A stretch of DNA of 14,855 bases from Candidatus Rokuibacteriota bacterium (GTDB lineage Bacteria; Methylomirabilota; Methylomirabilia; Rokubacteriales; DASRDR01): the NCBI GenBank assembly GCA_044866005.1, contig JBIOTN010000050.1, forward strand, positions 1-14,855. Direction: 5' to 3'. Positions 13,466-14,855 of the stretch are shown here, in pieces. A program made the translations under genes and the position numbers. Within the stretch, counting starts at the first letter, position 1, and each line of letters starts with the position of its first letter. Below the pieces are notes generated by a model. The model saw nothing but the letters and a program-made list of their open reading frames with translations. It had not been told where the DNA came from and ran no database searches.

Positions 13466-14855
13466 ATGACCATCAAGCGCGTCCGCCTCGCGGCGATCGT
13501 CGTCCTGCTCCTCGCGCTGCCGCTCTATCGCGCCGTCCAGCTCTTCTCCGGCGGAACGGGCGCGAACGCGCAGGTCGGCCTCGTCTACGATGCCAGGGCG
13601 CCGGCGCGCCAGGGCTTCGTGCGGGACGCCTACGAATCCGTGCTTCAGGAGGAAGGGATCCCCCACGACTGGATCACGCTCTCCGACCTCATGCTCCTGG
13701 ATGGGCGGGAAACGGCCCGGCGCTTCCAGGCGCTCATCTTTCCCGACGGGCTCGCCCAGCAGATGCCGAGCGGGATCCTCGACCGCGCCCGACAGTACAC
13801 GGCCGCCGGGGGCAGCATCGCGGTCGTGTTCGACCCGGGGATCAAGGAGCCCTCGGGCGCGTACCGCTCCGGCGGGCTCCTGGCGGAGCTGGTGGGCGTG
13901 CAGTACCTGCTCTACCAGTCGCTCGGCGACCGGAGCTACCGCCAGGGCAGCGTCCGCTTCGACGAGCTCAGCGACGCGCGGTTCTGGCACATCCCGCCGG
14001 GCAAGCTCTACCAGGGCGTGGTGGTCACGGGCTACGCGTACGGCGGACTCGTCTATCCGATGGCGGCCGCACGCCCCGTGGCCCAGGACCTCGAGGTCTT
14101 CGCCTCGGACCAGGGCGCGCCGGTCCTGTCGCTCCGACGGACGGGCCAGGGGCATGCCCTCTGGGTCAACCTCCCGCTCGGCTACCTCAAGGCGTACAGC
14201 GACGACCTGCCCCTCCGGCAAGTGCTCCGCACCTTCGTGTTCGACGTGGTCGGGATGCCGCATCTCATCCCCGCGCCGTACGGCATCGGCGGCCTGGTCA
14301 TCAACTGGCACCTCGATTCGCGCGTCGAGATGGACGGGATCCCGGCGCTCCTGCGGTACGGGCTCGTGCGGCGGGGCCTCCGCCAAGACTTCCACGTCAC
14401 CGCGGGCCCGGACCGCGACCGCCCCGGCGACGACCTGGGGTTCGACGCCTGTGGCCGCGGCGAGCGGCTGCTGCGCGAGCTCCTACCCTATGGCGCCATC
14501 GGGTCCCACGGCGGGTGGGCGCACAACTGGTTCAGCCAGGCCCTGATCGAGAAACGGCTCTCCCCGGCCGAGATCGAGTTCGAGATCCGCCGGAACAACG
14601 ACTGCCTCGCCCGCGTGGCGGGTCGGCCGATCCGCGCCTACGCGGCGCCCGTCGGCGTGCATCCGCAGCCGACCGTGACGCGCGTCCTGGAGCGCCTCGG
14701 CATGCGCGCCTACTACTACACGGGCGACACGGGCTCCTCCCCGAACCGGACGTTCTTCGACGGCCGGATGGTGTCCCCGAGCGTGTGGGCCTTCCCGGTC
14801 ACGCCCAACGGGCGCTACGCCGCGATCGGCGAGATGGTCGAGGCGGGGCTCCCGG
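13466..14855 (+). CDS. Exported polysaccharide deacetylase (alpha/beta accessory domain plus CE4-like NodB-fold domain), 3'-truncated by the window edge
   Basis: Missing from the ORF track; hand-translated open frame from ATG 13466 to the end. MTIKRVRLAAIVVLLLALPLY is a signal or anchor. Next comes a GATase/flavodoxin-like region (FQALIFPDG...YTAAGGSIAVVFDPG...GQGHALWVNLPLGYLK), then LVINWHLDS, the metal-binding-like IGSHGGWAHN, and IRAYAAPVGVHP. Confidence 0.82.
   Translation, partial: MTIKRVRLAAIVVLLLALPLYRAVQLFSGGTGANAQVGLVYDARAPARQGFVRDAYESVLQEEGIPHDWITLSDLMLLDGRETARRFQALIFPDGLAQQMPSGILDRARQYTAAGGSIAVVFDPGIKEPSGAYRSGGLLAELVGVQYLLYQSLGDRSYRQGSVRFDELSDARFWHIPPGKLYQGVVVTGYAYGGLVYPMAAARPVAQDLEVFASDQGAPVLSLRRTGQGHALWVNLPLGYLKAYSDDLPLRQVLRTFVFDVVGMPHLIPAPYGIGGLVINWHLDSRVEMDGIPALLRYGLVRRGLRQDFHVTAGPDRDRPGDDLGFDACGRGERLLRELLPYGAIGSHGGWAHNWFSQALIEKRLSPAEIEFEIRRNNDCLARVAGRPIRAYAAPVGVHPQPTVTRVLERLGMRAYYYTGDTGSSPNRTFFDGRMVSPSVWAFPVTPNGRYAAIGEMVEAGLP

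Noticed and set aside
13367..14546. ORF-track entries 13367..14395 (-) and 13590..14546 (+)
   Set aside because: Alternative-frame shadows of the real deacetylase frame starting at 13466, which runs off the window end.

Overview
This is a very GC-rich bacterial window with no mobile element, RNA gene or CRISPR array visible. It reads as one motility/biofilm control locus in three parts. (1) On the minus strand is a chemotaxis operon: cheY - cheZ-like - cheY - cheA - standalone secreted Cache/PDC-domain protein - MCP, with the MCP truncated at the left edge. (2) A ~660-bp divergent intergenic region carries two back-to-back sigma54 (-24/-12) promoter motifs. It is followed on the plus strand by a REC-GAF-HD-GYP c-di-GMP phosphodiesterase and a membrane-anchored GAF-PAS-PAS histidine kinase with its own sigma70-like promoter. 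(3) A tightly coupled plus-strand operon encodes a polytopic membrane protein, a processive GT2 synthase (D,D,D,QxxRW), a membrane-anchored protein with two bactofilin-like beta-helix blocks, and an exported polysaccharide deacetylase with PelA/Agd3-like architecture, truncated at the right edge. A possible sigma28-type promoter precedes this operon. The best candidate for an undescribed system is the putative exopolysaccharide operon, which matches none of pga/ica/pel/bcs gene-for-gene and embeds a cytoskeleton-like protein. All calls come from manual motif reading; no database searches were run.
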